Under the pieces are notes generated by a model. The model made no database searches. It was given only the letters and a program-made list of their open reading frames with translations, and was not told the DNA's origin. A program made the position numbers and the translations under genes. Below are positions 10,546-22,291 of a DNA stretch of 64,000 bases, in pieces (position 1 is the stretch's first letter; each line of letters starts with the position of its first letter). This DNA comes from Halothiobacillus sp. (GTDB lineage Bacteria > Pseudomonadota > Gammaproteobacteria > Halothiobacillales > Halothiobacillaceae): contig JAABTF010000004.1 of assembly GCA_011389965.1 (NCBI GenBank), positions 9,739-73,738 on the forward strand. Reading direction: 5' to 3'.

Positions 10546-13362
10546 ATGACCATTAGCAATGATAAGGACAAGGCACTGCGCGCCCGGGTTCGCCTATTTG
10601 GGAACCTGCTCGGCGAAGTGCTCCGTGAACAGGCTGGCGAATCGGTCTTCGACACCGTGGAAAGCCTGCGCCGCGGCTTTATCCGCCTGCGCAAAAGCTA
10701 CGACGAAAACCTCTACCGGGAATTGATGGACGAGATCCAGGCACTCGATGCCGAGAGCCTCAACCTGGTTGTCCGGGCCTACGGTCTTTACTTCAACCTG
10801 GTCAACATTGCCGAGGAAGATTATTCCCACCAGTTCCGCCGCCGGCAGATACGTCGCGGTCTGCGCCTCTGGCGGGGCTCGTTCTATGACACCATTCGCG
10901 GCTTTCAGCGCCAGGGCATGACCCCTGAGCAGCTTCAGGGGCTGCTCGATCGTGTCGTCTACATGCCAGTGTTCACGGCCCACCCCACTGAGGCCAAGCG
11001 CCGGACGGTAATGGACCTGCAGCGCCGGATCTTCCTGCTCTGCGGCGAACTCGATCGGCCGGAATCCACCGGTGTCGAACGCGAACGCCTGCTCGACGAG
11101 GTCAAGTCGATCATTCTGGCACTGTTGCGGACCAATGAGGTCCGCAGCACCCGTCCGGAAGTCCACGACGAGATCAAGCTCGGCATGTACTACTTCCGCA
11201 CCTCGATCTTCACCGCGGTGCCTAAGGCCTATCGGTATCTCGAGCGGGCGATCAACCTCAACTACAACGAGGAAAACCCCGACAAGCCGGTCAAGGTGCC
11301 CAGCCTGTTCAAGTTCGGTTCCTGGATCGGCGGCGACCGGGATGGCAATCCGTTTGTTACCCACGATGTCACCATCCAGGCCGTCTGCCTGGCCTCGGAG
11401 ACGATTCTCAACGAGTACCTCGACCGGCTTGACGCGCTCAAGCGCACCCTAACGCATTCGCTGCAACTGGTCCCCGAGATCGATTGCAAGCAACTGCGCC
11501 TGCGGGAAGACGCCGAGGCCCTCGATCTCCAACAGGCCAATCGCGACAACGGTGAGTTTTTCCCCGAGGAACCGTATCGGCTCAAACTCAAGGCCATCCG
11601 CCGCCGTCTGAATCACAACCTGGCCTACATTCACGGTGAGCTTGAAGGCAAGCCGGTCACTCTCGATGCCCGCGCCTACCAGAGCAAAGACGCCTACCTC
11701 GACGACCTCTATCGGTTGCGCGATTCGCTGATCGGTATCGGCGATGACCTGCTCGCCGAGGGCGAGTTAAAGGACCTGATCCGCCTGGCGGAAACCTTCG
11801 GCTGGCACCTGGTCCGTCTGGACATCCGCCAGGAGTCCACCGAGCATACCCAGACGGTCACCGAGGTGCTGCAGCAGTTGGCCCCGGAAATCGATTACGC
11901 CAACCTGGCCGAGGATGACCGCACCCGCGTACTCGGCGAATTGGTCAATGCCGGAAAACACCGCGCCGACTCCCTGACAGGCCTGACCGACAAGTCCCGG
12001 GAAGTGATCAAGGTGCTCGAAATCAAGCGCCAACTGATCGACCACATCAGCCGCGAATGCTTCGGGACCTATGTCATTTCGATGACCCACTCGGCCAGTC
12101 ACGTCATGGAAGTGATGTATCTTGCTTCCCTGACCGGTCTCGTCGGCAAGGATGAAGCGGGAAACTGGTTCAGCGACATCCAGGTCTCACCGCTATTCGA
12201 GACTATCGAGGATCTCAAGCACATCGAGCATGTCCTCGGGACGCTGTTCGACAACCAAACCTACCGGGCGCTGGTGCGTGCGGCCGGCGAATTGCAGGAA
12301 GTCATGTTGGGTTACTCCGACTCCTGCAAGGACGGTGGCTCACTTGCGTCGGTCTGGAGCCTGTACAACGCCCAGAAGCGCGTGATCCGACTGACCCGCG
12401 AACACGGTATCGAGTGCCGGCTTTTCCACGGCCGGGGTGGGACTGTCGCGCGTGGTGGCGGTCCGACGCACGAATCGATTCTTTCGCTGCCCCAGGGTAC
12501 GGTCGAGGGACAGATCAAATTCACCGAGCAAGGTGAAGTGTTGTCGTCCAAGTACAGCAACAATGAAACGGCCATCTACGAGCTCACCATGGGCGCCACG
12601 GGCCTCATGAAAGCATCACGACACCAGGTGGTAACGGAAGAGGCGGTGCCGGAGGAATACGAGCAAGTGGTCTCGGACCTGGCGCGCTTCGGTGAGGAGG
12701 CCTATCGCGAGCTCACCGACAACACGCCGTTCTTCTTCCACTACTTCCACGAGGCCACCCCGGTGCGTGAGCTCGGCCTGCTCAACATCGGCTCGCGCCC
12801 GGCGTCACGCAAGAAAGGCGACTTGTCCAAGGCCTCGGTGCGTGCCATTCCGTGGGTCTTCGGCTGGTCGCAGTCGCGGCATACCCTGCCGGCCTGGTTC
12901 GGGATCGGCTCGGCGCTCAAACGCTGGCGTGAAGACAATCCCGGCCGCGATCATGTGCTGCATGAACTGTTCGAGCAGTGGCCTTTCTTCCACAGCATGC
13001 TGCGCAACACCCAGCTGTCGTTGACCAAGGGCGAAATGAACATCGCCCGCGAGTACGCCGGCCTGGTGGGCGATCAGGAACAGGCACAAGAGGTCTACGG
13101 CAAGATTCGTCAGGAATACGATCGCACTGTCGATGAACTGTTGCGGGTAGCCCAGACCGAGACACTCGTGGAAATCGACGAGTACATCGGCACCTCGATG
13201 AAGCGTCGCAATCCGTATCTGGACGTTCTCAACCACATTCAGATCACGCTACTGGGTCGCCATCGCGATGAGTCGGTGCCAGAGGCGGAACGCGAGAAGT
13301 GGTTGCCACCGCTGCTGCGCAGCATCAACGCGATTGCCGCAGGGATGCGCAATACCGGTTAA
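10546..13362 (+). CDS. ppc: phosphoenolpyruvate carboxylase
   Basis: VFTAHPTE, WIGGDRDGNP, QEVMLGYSDSCKDGG, FHGRGGTVARGGGP, RAIPW and a C-terminal MRNTG. Confidence 0.97.
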   Translation: MTISNDKDKALRARVRLFGNLLGEVLREQAGESVFDTVESLRRGFIRLRKSYDENLYRELMDEIQALDAESLNLVVRAYGLYFNLVNIAEEDYSHQFRRRQIRRGLRLWRGSFYDTIRGFQRQGMTPEQLQGLLDRVVYMPVFTAHPTEAKRRTVMDLQRRIFLLCGELDRPESTGVERERLLDEVKSIILALLRTNEVRSTRPEVHDEIKLGMYYFRTSIFTAVPKAYRYLERAINLNYNEENPDKPVKVPSLFKFGSWIGGDRDGNPFVTHDVTIQAVCLASETILNEYLDRLDALKRTLTHSLQLVPEIDCKQLRLREDAEALDLQQANRDNGEFFPEEPYRLKLKAIRRRLNHNLAYIHGELEGKPVTLDARAYQSKDAYLDDLYRLRDSLIGIGDDLLAEGELKDLIRLAETFGWHLVRLDIRQESTEHTQTVTEVLQQLAPEIDYANLAEDDRTRVLGELVNAGKHRADSLTGLTDKSREVIKVLEIKRQLIDHISRECFGTYVISMTHSASHVMEVMYLASLTGLVGKDEAGNWFSDIQVSPLFETIEDLKHIEHVLGTLFDNQTYRALVRAAGELQEVMLGYSDSCKDGGSLASVWSLYNAQKRVIRLTREHGIECRLFHGRGGTVARGGGPTHESILSLPQGTVEGQIKFTEQGEVLSSKYSNNETAIYELTMGATGLMKASRHQVVTEEAVPEEYEQVVSDLARFGEEAYRELTDNTPFFFHYFHEATPVRELGLLNIGSRPASRKKGDLSKASVRAIPWVFGWSQSRHTLPAWFGIGSALKRWREDNPGRDHVLHELFEQWPFFHSMLRNTQLSLTKGEMNIAREYAGLVGDQEQAQEVYGKIRQEYDRTVDELLRVAQTETLVEIDEYIGTSMKRRNPYLDVLNHIQITLLGRHRDESVPEAEREKWLPPLLRSINAIAAGMRNTG

Positions 13363-13395
13363 CGCCGCCGAGGCGCTCCGGCGACTCTCACTAGT

Positions 13396-13432
13396 AAGGC
13401 CGCGGTATCCAATGGGTACCGCGGCCTTTTTC
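13396..13432 (+). terminator. rho-independent terminator between convergent ppc and malQ
   Basis: AAGGCCGCGGTATCC-aat-GGGTACCGCGGCCTT followed by a T-run. Confidence 0.85.
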
Positions 13433-13460
13433 TTGTCTCTCCAACCTGTCGGCGGATCCG

Positions 13461-14945
13461 CTAAATGGATCCATCCGGCAGACGACCATGGGCCTCGACC
13501 CGCCCACGAATCCGCTGCGCCAATGTTTGGTCCAATTCGCCGGCCCCCAGCCGCCAGCGCCAGTTCCCCTCGGTGGTGCCGGGCACATTGATCCTTGCCT
13601 CGGAGCCCAGCCCAAGGAAGTCCGCCACCGGCACCACCGTCAGGTTGGCCACCGACCCAAGGGCCGATTCCACCAGGGCATCCGGCATCGGCATGGTCGC
13701 ATCGATGCCTTGCTGCTGTTCCAGCACCTGGCGCACCCGAGACCGGGCGGGTTCGCCCAGTGACTCCCACCACCCTGCCGTGGTGTCGTTATCATGCGTC
13801 CCGGTATAAACCACGCTACCGGACACATGATGCTCTGGCCGATAGGCGTTGTCCTCGCCTCCATCGAAGGCGAACTGCAGGATTTTCATACCCGGGAGGT
13901 TAAAGCGTTCCCGCAAAGCCACCACATCCGGTGTGATCACACCAAGATCTTCGGCCACCAGCGGCAAGTGCCCCTCGGCCGAGCGCATCAGGACATCGAG
14001 AATCTCCTCTCCCGGCGCGGGCACCCATTCCCCTTCCACGGCAGTGTCGGCAGATGCATCGATCGCCCAGTAAGCGGCCAGCCCCCGGAAATGATCGATC
14101 CGCACCCAGTCGTAAAGCTCCAGATGTCTCGCAAAGCGAGACTGCCACCAGGCATAGCCATCCCGGGCCATGCGGTCATAGTCGAACAACGGATTTCCCC
14201 AGCGCTGGCCCGTATCGGAAAAATAGTCCGGCGGGACGCCAGCGACCGCCAGCGGCTGGCCTTCTTCGTCCAACTGAAACTGATCCTGGTGGGCCCACAC
14301 ATCGGCCGAGTCGCCCGCCACGAAAATAGGAAGATCGCCGAAAAGGCGGATGCCGCGCCGGCATGCCTCTCGGCGCAAGTCACGCCATTGTCGGTCCAGC
14401 AGGAACTGCTCGAACGCGATGGCCCGTAGGCGGGCGGCGTGCTGGTAGGCCAGATCGGCCAATGCTTCCGGCTGCCGTGAGCGGAGTGGCCGTGGCCAGT
14501 CTAGCCACCCCGTCCCGCCTTCGAGTTCCTTGGCAACGACGAACAAGGTGTAGTCGTCAAGCCAAGCGGACTCTTCTTCGCGGTAGCGATCGAAGGACGC
14601 CTCCAATTCCGCGCTAGCACCAACGCCGTAGCGACGTTGATCGGCGGGCACATCGGCCTGAAAACCGGACTCCGAACACAAATCATCCGTGTCCAGAAAC
14701 TCCGGGTTCAGCGCAAAAGAGGACAGGCTCTGGTAGGGAGAGCCGTCGGCGTGGGTGGGGCCAAGGGGAAGCATCTGCCAGACGGTCAGGCCAGCCTGTT
14801 CGAGGAAAGACAGCAGATTACGGGCCGCTTGCCCAAAGGTGCCCCGGTGAAGACTGAAAACCGGCAGCAGCAAACCGGCGCGCCGCACCCTGGCAGGTGC
14901 CTCGAAAGGCAGGGCTACCGGCTCCTCGCGTTCTTGGTCGCTCAC
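13461..14945 (-). CDS. malQ: 4-alpha-glucanotransferase (GH77)
   Basis: WQMLPLGP, SPYQSLS, GDLPIFV, GVPPDYFS, RIDHFRG, AEDLG and YTGTHDNDT. GTG start overlaps the GH57 stop. Confidence 0.94.
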   Translation of the reverse strand: MSDQEREEPVALPFEAPARVRRAGLLLPVFSLHRGTFGQAARNLLSFLEQAGLTVWQMLPLGPTHADGSPYQSLSSFALNPEFLDTDDLCSESGFQADVPADQRRYGVGASAELEASFDRYREEESAWLDDYTLFVVAKELEGGTGWLDWPRPLRSRQPEALADLAYQHAARLRAIAFEQFLLDRQWRDLRREACRRGIRLFGDLPIFVAGDSADVWAHQDQFQLDEEGQPLAVAGVPPDYFSDTGQRWGNPLFDYDRMARDGYAWWQSRFARHLELYDWVRIDHFRGLAAYWAIDASADTAVEGEWVPAPGEEILDVLMRSAEGHLPLVAEDLGVITPDVVALRERFNLPGMKILQFAFDGGEDNAYRPEHHVSGSVVYTGTHDNDTTAGWWESLGEPARSRVRQVLEQQQGIDATMPMPDALVESALGSVANLTVVPVADFLGLGSEARINVPGTTEGNWRWRLGAGELDQTLAQRIRGRVEAHGRLPDGSI

Positions 14946-16651
14946 GCTTCCGACCGCCCGCGCCGCATCACGCCACCGGCTGCCACGTCGGCGTTGTCTT
15001 CCACCGGTTCGCACAGCGGTTCCGCAAGTGCCGCGGGCACGGGACGTTCGATCAGTTCGTACAAGCGAGTGAGCTGCAGGCGAAACAAGCGATCGAAATC
15101 GCGAATCGCATCCGCCGGATTGTCCTCGCCGAACCACCAGAACCAGTCCGATCCCTCGCAGACCGCCAGTTGCTGGCTATTTCTGGATCGGATTCGCTGG
15201 CTCCACGAGTCCTCGTCTGCCGCAGCCAAATAGGCCTTGCGCGCCTCGACCAGCAGATCCCAGGCGCGGTTCTTCGCCGGCTCGCCGATCCAAGTGGCCA
15301 GGTTACCGTAAACCCAACTCCCGGCCACCAGGGAATGGAGCGGTACCGCGGCCGGTTCACCTTCGAGATGGGAGGAAAAGGTGGTCATCTCGAGCCGGGG
15401 ATGGTCACTCAAGGTCTTGTACAGGCCGTCGAGCAGCCAGAAGCCGTTGTCGGGATAATATTCCCAGGCATTTTCGCCATCGAGGATGATCGACACCATC
15501 GGGGCATCGACACCGAGGTGCTCGCAAGATTCGGCGATGGAAACAAGGTGATTACAGAGATCCTCGACGGCGTCGTCGGCATGCCAGTTCTGATAATTAA
15601 AGCCGATCCGATCGGACAGACCGTCATCACGGAAGAACAGCCTCAGCGACTGATTCTCCCGCGAGAAGACACGATGCTGGCAACGCAAGTCCTGACGGCT
15701 GTGGTTGAGGCTGTTGCGGAGCACCTCCTGACCGCTGGCCGCCCAGGAAAATCCGTATTCATCCAACAAGCGCACGGTAGCATCCGAGATCGCGCCTTCC
15801 GACGGCCAACAGCCATTGGGGGCCATGCCGAAAAAGCGGCGGAAAACATCCTGACCATGCTCGATATGCCACCGGATACGTGTCTCGCCTTCCGGGTAGA
15901 CCTCTGCCTGAGGTTGGGGAGCTGATGGCTCGCTTTCGGTTCCGGCTCTCAGATCGAGCAATAAAGGCATGATCGGGTGGGCATACGGTGTCATCGACAA
16001 CTCCACCTGGCCGGTTTCGGTAAGGCGCCGGTAACGATCGAACAGCCCCTTGATCACCTCGCCGATACGCAATAGCAACGAGCGGCGCTGATCGAAGCTG
16101 AACCCGCCCTTGCATTCGAGAAGCGATCCGAGCAAGGCATCGGACTGGCGGACGGTTTCGCCCGACCAGGCCAGGTGATACCACGTGGACAAATCCGCAA
16201 GGAGGCCATCGCTAAGGTAATCGACGGCATGTTCCGTTTCCAGGATAGCGGCGGCCGTTTCCTCCAGCCGCTTGAACGACGGAAACTTCTCGATCAAGCG
16301 TTCGCGATTGGCGCGCCGGAGTGCCCGGGTCACGCGCAGCCGCTCGGCACCCTCGATCTGTTCCGGATGCACCAGGCTGACAAGCAGTGGATCGCGCAGC
16401 GCAGTCGCGTCATCGGATTTTGCGAAAGACTCGATCTGGTCGACATAGTCCTGCAGTTGCTCGAGCAGGATGGGCACGAAGTTGATGACCGCCCGCGCCT
16501 TGGGCCAACGCTCCAGGTGAGCGGCCATGTCGGCGTAGTCCTTGATCGCGTGCAGGTAGGTCCAGGGCTGTTGAAAAACCCCATCGCGCGGGTCGCGGTA
16601 CTCCGGCTGGTGCATGTGCCAGCAGAACACCACGGGCATTTTTGCGGCCAT
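14942..16651 (-). CDS. glycoside hydrolase family 57 (amylopullulanase/alpha-amylase-like)
   Basis: WHMHQP, PYAHPIMPLL, WPSEGA, ILDGENAWE and EGSDWFWW. Confidence 0.92.
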   Translation of the reverse strand: MAAKMPVVFCWHMHQPEYRDPRDGVFQQPWTYLHAIKDYADMAAHLERWPKARAVINFVPILLEQLQDYVDQIESFAKSDDATALRDPLLVSLVHPEQIEGAERLRVTRALRRANRERLIEKFPSFKRLEETAAAILETEHAVDYLSDGLLADLSTWYHLAWSGETVRQSDALLGSLLECKGGFSFDQRRSLLLRIGEVIKGLFDRYRRLTETGQVELSMTPYAHPIMPLLLDLRAGTESEPSAPQPQAEVYPEGETRIRWHIEHGQDVFRRFFGMAPNGCWPSEGAISDATVRLLDEYGFSWAASGQEVLRNSLNHSRQDLRCQHRVFSRENQSLRLFFRDDGLSDRIGFNYQNWHADDAVEDLCNHLVSIAESCEHLGVDAPMVSIILDGENAWEYYPDNGFWLLDGLYKTLSDHPRLEMTTFSSHLEGEPAAVPLHSLVAGSWVYGNLATWIGEPAKNRAWDLLVEARKAYLAAADEDSWSQRIRSRNSQQLAVCEGSDWFWWFGEDNPADAIRDFDRLFRLQLTRLYELIERPVPAALAEPLCEPVEDNADVAAGGVMRRGRSEA

Positions 16652-16711
16652 CGAATGGTTTCTCCCAAGCAATTGAAGCGTATGTCGGTGCAAGCCCGGT
16701 GCGCGAGCGCC

Positions 16712-17983
16712 TCACCGCACCATGTGAATCGTTTGCCCCAGCATCTGGGGAGTCACCAGGACCACCCCACCAGGGCTCACCTCGAATCGTTGCCGATCCG
16801 CCTCTAAGTCGATCCCGATCTGCGTTCCGGGCGGAATAATGCAACCCTTGTCCAGAACAGCCCGCCGAACTTCGGCGCCCTCGCCCACCTGGACATTGGG
16901 CAGAATCACGGAGTCCTCGACGTATGCCTGTTCACGCACCATGACATTGGAAAAGAGCAGGGAGTGACGGACGGTCGCGCCGGAGATGATGCATCCCCCG
17001 CTGACCATGGAATCGATCGCCATCCCACGGCGCCCGTCCTCGTCAAAAACGAATTTTGCGGGCGGAAGCTGTTCCTGATAGGTCCAGATCGGCCACTGTG
17101 TATCGTAAAGATTCAGATCCGGCTCGACACCGATCAACTCGAGGTTGGCCGACCAGTAGGAATCGATGGTGCCCACATCGCGCCAGTAGGACTGATTTTC
17201 TGCACCCGGTTCGCGAAACGGATAGGCATAGACCTTATGCTTTTCGATCAGGCGCGGAATGACGTTCTTGCCGAAATCATGATCGGAATCGGGATCATCG
17301 GCATCACGGATGAGTTCCTCGAACAGGAAATCCGTGCGGAAGACGTAAATGCCCATGGAGGCCAATGCCTGATCAGAGGAACCGGGCATCGGGGGCGGAT
17401 TGTCCGGCTTTTCCACGAAGCTCTCGATACGTCCCTGCCCGTCGATGTCCATCACCCCGAACGCCTTGGCCTGCTCGATCGGCACCTCGATGCAGCCGAC
17501 TGTCAGATCGGCTTCCTTTTCCACGTGGTAGGCGATCATCGGCCCGTAATCCATCTTGTAGACGTGATCGCCCGCCAAGATCAGGATGTACTCGGCGTCG
17601 TGGCCCCGCAGGATGTCGATATTCTGATAAACGGCATCGGCCGTGCCTGTATACCAAGATTGATCATTGATGCGCTGCTGGGCGGGCAACAACTCGACGA
17701 ATTCGCCACGCGCCACATGGCTGCCGCCCCAACCCAACTGGACATGCTTGATCAGCGAGTGGGCCTTGTACTGAGTGAGAACCGCCATGCGGCGAATCCC
17801 GGAGTTCACGCAGTTGGACAAGGGAAAATCCACGATGCGGAATTTGCCTCCGAATGGCACTGCCGGCTTGGCACGCCAGTCCGTCAATTGGCGGAGTCGC
17901 GATCCTCGCCCGCCAGCGAGCACCAAGGCAAATGTGTCGCGCGTGATGCGACTCACCAATCGTTTGGGGCTATCGACGATCAT
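16712..17983 (-). CDS. glgC: glucose-1-phosphate adenylyltransferase
   Basis: [39 protein letters not shown] and YWRDVGT. GAGG SD precedes ATG 17983. Confidence 0.96.
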   Translation of the reverse strand: MIVDSPKRLVSRITRDTFALVLAGGRGSRLRQLTDWRAKPAVPFGGKFRIVDFPLSNCVNSGIRRMAVLTQYKAHSLIKHVQLGWGGSHVARGEFVELLPAQQRINDQSWYTGTADAVYQNIDILRGHDAEYILILAGDHVYKMDYGPMIAYHVEKEADLTVGCIEVPIEQAKAFGVMDIDGQGRIESFVEKPDNPPPMPGSSDQALASMGIYVFRTDFLFEELIRDADDPDSDHDFGKNVIPRLIEKHKVYAYPFREPGAENQSYWRDVGTIDSYWSANLELIGVEPDLNLYDTQWPIWTYQEQLPPAKFVFDEDGRRGMAIDSMVSGGCIISGATVRHSLLFSNVMVREQAYVEDSVILPNVQVGEGAEVRRAVLDKGCIIPPGTQIGIDLEADRQRFEVSPGGVVLVTPQMLGQTIHMVR

Positions 17984-18550
17984 CTGGATTTCCTCGCTGA
18001 TTCCGTGTTTTATCTCGACTTGTCCATTGCCCGCGGACCCAACGGGATGATCTACAACGCTCAACACCGGGGCTGGGGCACGAATCACACGACCGGTACC
18101 TAGGACGTAGCCAGGCCGCGAAGCCTCTCGTCGAACATATACAATCGCCGCAGCGATTGAGCGCGACTGCCAACAAAAAGCCCGCCTCCCGCACGAAAGA
18201 TGCGATATAGCCCGGGAAAGTCCTCGAGGCTATTCAGAAAGCCCCCCGAGGCACCCTCTCTCTCGTACGCTGGCTCGGAGAAATCTTTCCGGGAGTCATG
18301 CCGACCGCACCGTGGCCTACCGCAATTCAAGCGTAGCGCATACATCTTTCAGGAACGTAACAATTTTCGCCCTCTGTGCCGACTCGATCGGGAACCCCCA
18401 CATCACTGGCGCGTGGCCATGGGGGGAATGCGCCGTCGGCACTCGCGGGGCGCCAGTCGCTGTGCCATAGTCTCCACAATTGGCATCACCTCAAGACACT
18501 GTCGTCAACGAAGGGCGGCAGTCCCAACCGACAAGCTGGAATTCAATCGA

Positions 18551-20722
18551 ATGGACAACGACTTGCAGGCGATAACAGAGGCCCGTCATCACGACCCCCA
18601 CCGGATATTGGGGATGCATCCTGTTGATGAAGAACAGGTTCGTCTGTGCACCTATCAACCGCACGCGGTATCCGTGCAGACGCGGGATGGCGACGGCGAG
18701 CCGATCGGATTGACTCCATCGGAGACTTTTACCGGCATCTTCGAAATCACCCTGCCCCGTACCTGGGTGCCGCAACATCCCGGCTACCGCATCACGTTGG
18801 AGGATGGGCACGAGTACGATTCGGTCGACCCGTACACCTTCCTGCCCACGGTAGGCGAGCTCGACCTGCATCTGTTCGCCGAAGGCCGGCACCTGCAGCT
18901 GTGGCAAATGCTAGGGGCACAAGTGCTGTCCGTGGACGACGTGGTAGGCGTGCGCTTTGCGGTGTGGGCCCCCAATGCCGAGCGAGTGAGCGTGGTCGGC
19001 ACCTTCAACGACTGGGACGGGCGTCGCCACCCCATGCGAGTGCTTGGTGGCAGTGGCGTTTGGGAGATATTCATCCCCGGTCTTTCGGTCGGTGACCTCT
19101 ACAAATACGAGATTGCGAGCGGTATCGATGGCCGTACGACCTTGCGGACCGATCCATTGGGCCGTGCTTTTGAAATGCGTCCTGACACGGCGGCCATCGT
19201 CCCCGAATTCCAGCCATTCGACTGGACCGACGAGGACTGGCTGACGCGTCGGGAAAGCAACCCATGGCGCAGCCAGCCGGTAAGCGTCTACGAAGTGCAC
19301 CTAGGTTCCTGGCGGCTCGATGACGGTCGGTTTCTCAGCTACGACCAACTGGCCGATCAACTGATTCCCTACGTGCAGGAGCGTGGCTTCACGCACATCG
19401 AACTACTGCCGGTGACCGAGCACCCCTTCGATGGCTCCTGGGGCTACCAGACCACCGGCTACTTCGCCCCGACCAGTCGCTTTGGCAGCCCCCGGGCGTT
19501 CTGCCGTTTCGTCGACCGCGCTCACGCCGCTGGCATCGGCGTGATCCTCGACTGGGTCCCGGCCCATTTCCCACGCGACGAATTTGCGCTGGCACGGTTC
19601 GACGGCAGCGCCCTCTACGAGCATGAAGACCCGCGGCGCGGTGAACACCGCGACTGGGGCACGTTGATCTTCAACTATGGACGAAACGAGGTGCGGAACT
19701 TCCTTGTCGCCTCGGCCCAGTACTGGATCGAGCAACTGCACCTCGACGGCTTGCGTGTCGATGCCGTCGCCTCGATGCTCTACCTCGACTACTCGCGCCA
19801 AGCCGGGGATTGGCTACCCAACCCACATGGCGGCCGGGAAAACCTCGAGGCGATCGACTTTCTCCAGTCCCTTAATCACACCATCCTGTCGCGCAATCCC
19901 GGCACCTTGATGATGGCGGAAGAGTCCACTGCCTGGCCGATGGTATCCAAGCCACCGGAAACCGGGGGACTCGGATTCTCGATGAAATGGAACATGGGTT
20001 GGATGAACGATTCGCTGAGCTACTTCAGTGAGGATCCACTGCACCGCGCCTATCATCACAACCTGTTGACCTTCAGCCTGACCTACTCGTTTTCCGAGAA
20101 CTTCATCCTGCCTCTCTCCCACGACGAGGTCGTGCACGGCAAACGCTCGTTACCGAACAAGATGCCGGGCGACGAATGGCAGCGGTTCGCCAATCTTCGC
20201 CTCCTGTTGGCCTGGCAGTACACCTTCCCGGGCAAGAAATTGTTGTTCATGGGAGACGAGTTCGGCCAGGGCAACGAATGGTCCCATGCCCGCGCGCTGG
20301 ACTGGTGGATGCTCGACTATCCGTTGCACCAAGGCATTCAGGCCCTGGTCGACCAGCTCAACTTCGTCTACCGCCGCGAGCCTGCCCTGTACGAGCGCGA
20401 CTTCGAGGCCGAGGGTTTCTCGTGGCTCGACTGCAACGATCGCAGCCAGTCGATAATCAGCTTCTGCCGGCATGGTCATTTCGAATCGGTAGTGGTCGTG
20501 ATGAATTTCACCCCGATCGCTCGACCCGGTTATCGGATCGGCGTGCCGTTTCCCGGGCGGTATCAGGTGCTGCTATGTTCCGACAGCGAGGGCTTTGGTG
20601 GCGGTGGCCACAATCCCGCGCCTTCATCCGCCGTAAACGAGGGACTTCATGGCCAGCCCTGCAGCCTCACCCTGGACCTGCCAGGCCTTTCGGCGGTCGT
20701 GCTCAAGCCTGTCGGGGAATGA
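18551..20722 (+). CDS. glgB: 1,4-alpha-glucan branching enzyme
   Basis: [39 protein letters not shown] and SHDEVVHGK. Start at MDND is inferred. Confidence 0.96.
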   Translation: MDNDLQAITEARHHDPHRILGMHPVDEEQVRLCTYQPHAVSVQTRDGDGEPIGLTPSETFTGIFEITLPRTWVPQHPGYRITLEDGHEYDSVDPYTFLPTVGELDLHLFAEGRHLQLWQMLGAQVLSVDDVVGVRFAVWAPNAERVSVVGTFNDWDGRRHPMRVLGGSGVWEIFIPGLSVGDLYKYEIASGIDGRTTLRTDPLGRAFEMRPDTAAIVPEFQPFDWTDEDWLTRRESNPWRSQPVSVYEVHLGSWRLDDGRFLSYDQLADQLIPYVQERGFTHIELLPVTEHPFDGSWGYQTTGYFAPTSRFGSPRAFCRFVDRAHAAGIGVILDWVPAHFPRDEFALARFDGSALYEHEDPRRGEHRDWGTLIFNYGRNEVRNFLVASAQYWIEQLHLDGLRVDAVASMLYLDYSRQAGDWLPNPHGGRENLEAIDFLQSLNHTILSRNPGTLMMAEESTAWPMVSKPPETGGLGFSMKWNMGWMNDSLSYFSEDPLHRAYHHNLLTFSLTYSFSENFILPLSHDEVVHGKRSLPNKMPGDEWQRFANLRLLLAWQYTFPGKKLLFMGDEFGQGNEWSHARALDWWMLDYPLHQGIQALVDQLNFVYRREPALYERDFEAEGFSWLDCNDRSQSIISFCRHGHFESVVVVMNFTPIARPGYRIGVPFPGRYQVLLCSDSEGFGGGGHNPAPSSAVNEGLHGQPCSLTLDLPGLSAVVLKPVGE

Positions 20723-20838
20723 TGCATGCACACCAAGGTGTCACCACAATGGCGCGTCGATCATGACGACAACCACCGACGCGATTAACATGCGATACTC
20801 CCGTTTCTACCGTTCCAACCCTTTGAGGAGATACTGAC

Positions 20839-22284
20839 GTGTCGCTGTCTGTGCTGTTTGCGACCAGTGAAGCCTATCCCCTGATGAAGACGGGTGGACT
20901 GGCTGATGTATCCGGTGCCCTGCCCGCGGCATTGACCGAACTGGGGGTCGACGTGCGCCTGGTGCTACCTCGCTATGGCGACCTGGCTCTGCGCGACGAG
21001 CAGACCACGGAACACGTGGCGCGCATCGACGTACTCGGTCAACCGGTGGACATCCTCCAGACCTCCATGCCCGACAGCGGCGTGCGGGTCTACCTGGTGG
21101 ACCATCCCACGTTTTCCGCCCGCCAAGGCAACCCCTACATGGGGCCGGACGGCAATTCCTGGCACGACAATCCCGATCGCTTCGCGTTGTTCGCGCGGGC
21201 GGCCGTGGCCTTGGCCACCGGGGATGTCGTCCCAGAATGGCAGCCGGACGTGGTGCATGCCAACGACTGGCAGACCGGCCTGATTCCCGCCCTCCTCCAC
21301 GAGGCGGAAAAGCCCCACACGGTCTTCACGCTGCACAATCTTGCCTACCAAGGGGTGTTCGACCGTTCCACCTTCGAACGCCTGGGTCTGCCCTGGAGCC
21401 TGTGGCGCGCCGACGGGCTCGAATACTGGGGCAACATGTCGTTCATCAAGGGCGGCATCGTTTTCGCGGATCGCATTACCACCGTCAGCCCCACCTATGC
21501 CCGCGAGATTCAGACCCCGGAGTTCGGTTACGGGCTGGAAGGGCTGCTCCGCCATCGCAAGGATGCCCTGGTGGGCATACTCAACGGGATCGGTTCCGAC
21601 TGGGACCCGGCCCACGACGCCGCCTTGGTGACGCCCTACACCGCCAAGGACCTCAGCGGCAAGGCCGAGAACAAGGCGGCACTTCAGAAAGAGTTGGGCC
21701 TGCCCATACGTGCTGAAGTGCCGCTAATCGTGCATGTGGGGCGGCTGATCGAACAGAAGGGCACGGATCTCGTAATCCAGGCATTGAGCATGCTGGGCCA
21801 ACGAGATGTGCAGTTCGCCTGCCTGGGAAGTGGCGAGGGGCGATTCGAGCAGGCCCTCCGTGCCCGCGCCGAGGCCGACCCGGAGCGCATCGCGGTGCGC
21901 ATCGGTTATGACGAGGGGCTGGCGCATCGGCTCGAAGGCGGCGGGGACGCCTTCATCATGCCCAGCCGATTCGAGCCATGCGGGCTCAATCAGCTGTACA
22001 GCCTCAAATACGGGACCGTGCCGATCGTCCATAGCGTCGGCGGACTCGCTGACACCGTCACCCCGGCCACCCCGGCCAACCTGCGAGACGGCAAGGCGAC
22101 CGGCGTGGTGATGAACCATCTGGATGTGAATGCGATCCTGTGGGCCTTCGACCAGTTCACGGAACTGTTCAATCGACCCGAACGACTGCAGGCCGTGCGC
22201 CAACAGGCCATGAGCCAGCGTTACGACTGGGATGCGAGTGCACGCTCTTATCTCGACCTTTACCGTGAGATATCGACCCGCTGA
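20839..22284 (+). CDS. glgA: glycogen synthase
   Basis: KTGGLADV, HANDWQT, TLHNLAYQG and PSRFEPCGLNQL. GAGGAG SD precedes the GTG. Confidence 0.96.
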   Translation: MSLSVLFATSEAYPLMKTGGLADVSGALPAALTELGVDVRLVLPRYGDLALRDEQTTEHVARIDVLGQPVDILQTSMPDSGVRVYLVDHPTFSARQGNPYMGPDGNSWHDNPDRFALFARAAVALATGDVVPEWQPDVVHANDWQTGLIPALLHEAEKPHTVFTLHNLAYQGVFDRSTFERLGLPWSLWRADGLEYWGNMSFIKGGIVFADRITTVSPTYAREIQTPEFGYGLEGLLRHRKDALVGILNGIGSDWDPAHDAALVTPYTAKDLSGKAENKAALQKELGLPIRAEVPLIVHVGRLIEQKGTDLVIQALSMLGQRDVQFACLGSGEGRFEQALRARAEADPERIAVRIGYDEGLAHRLEGGGDAFIMPSRFEPCGLNQLYSLKYGTVPIVHSVGGLADTVTPATPANLRDGKATGVVMNHLDVNAILWAFDQFTELFNRPERLQAVRQQAMSQRYDWDASARSYLDLYREISTR

Positions 22285-22291
22285 ATCAAAC

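Noticed and set aside
18200-18550. 117-aa N-terminal extension of GlgB
   Set aside because: Non-coding-like composition; GlgB-like sequence begins at MDND (18551).
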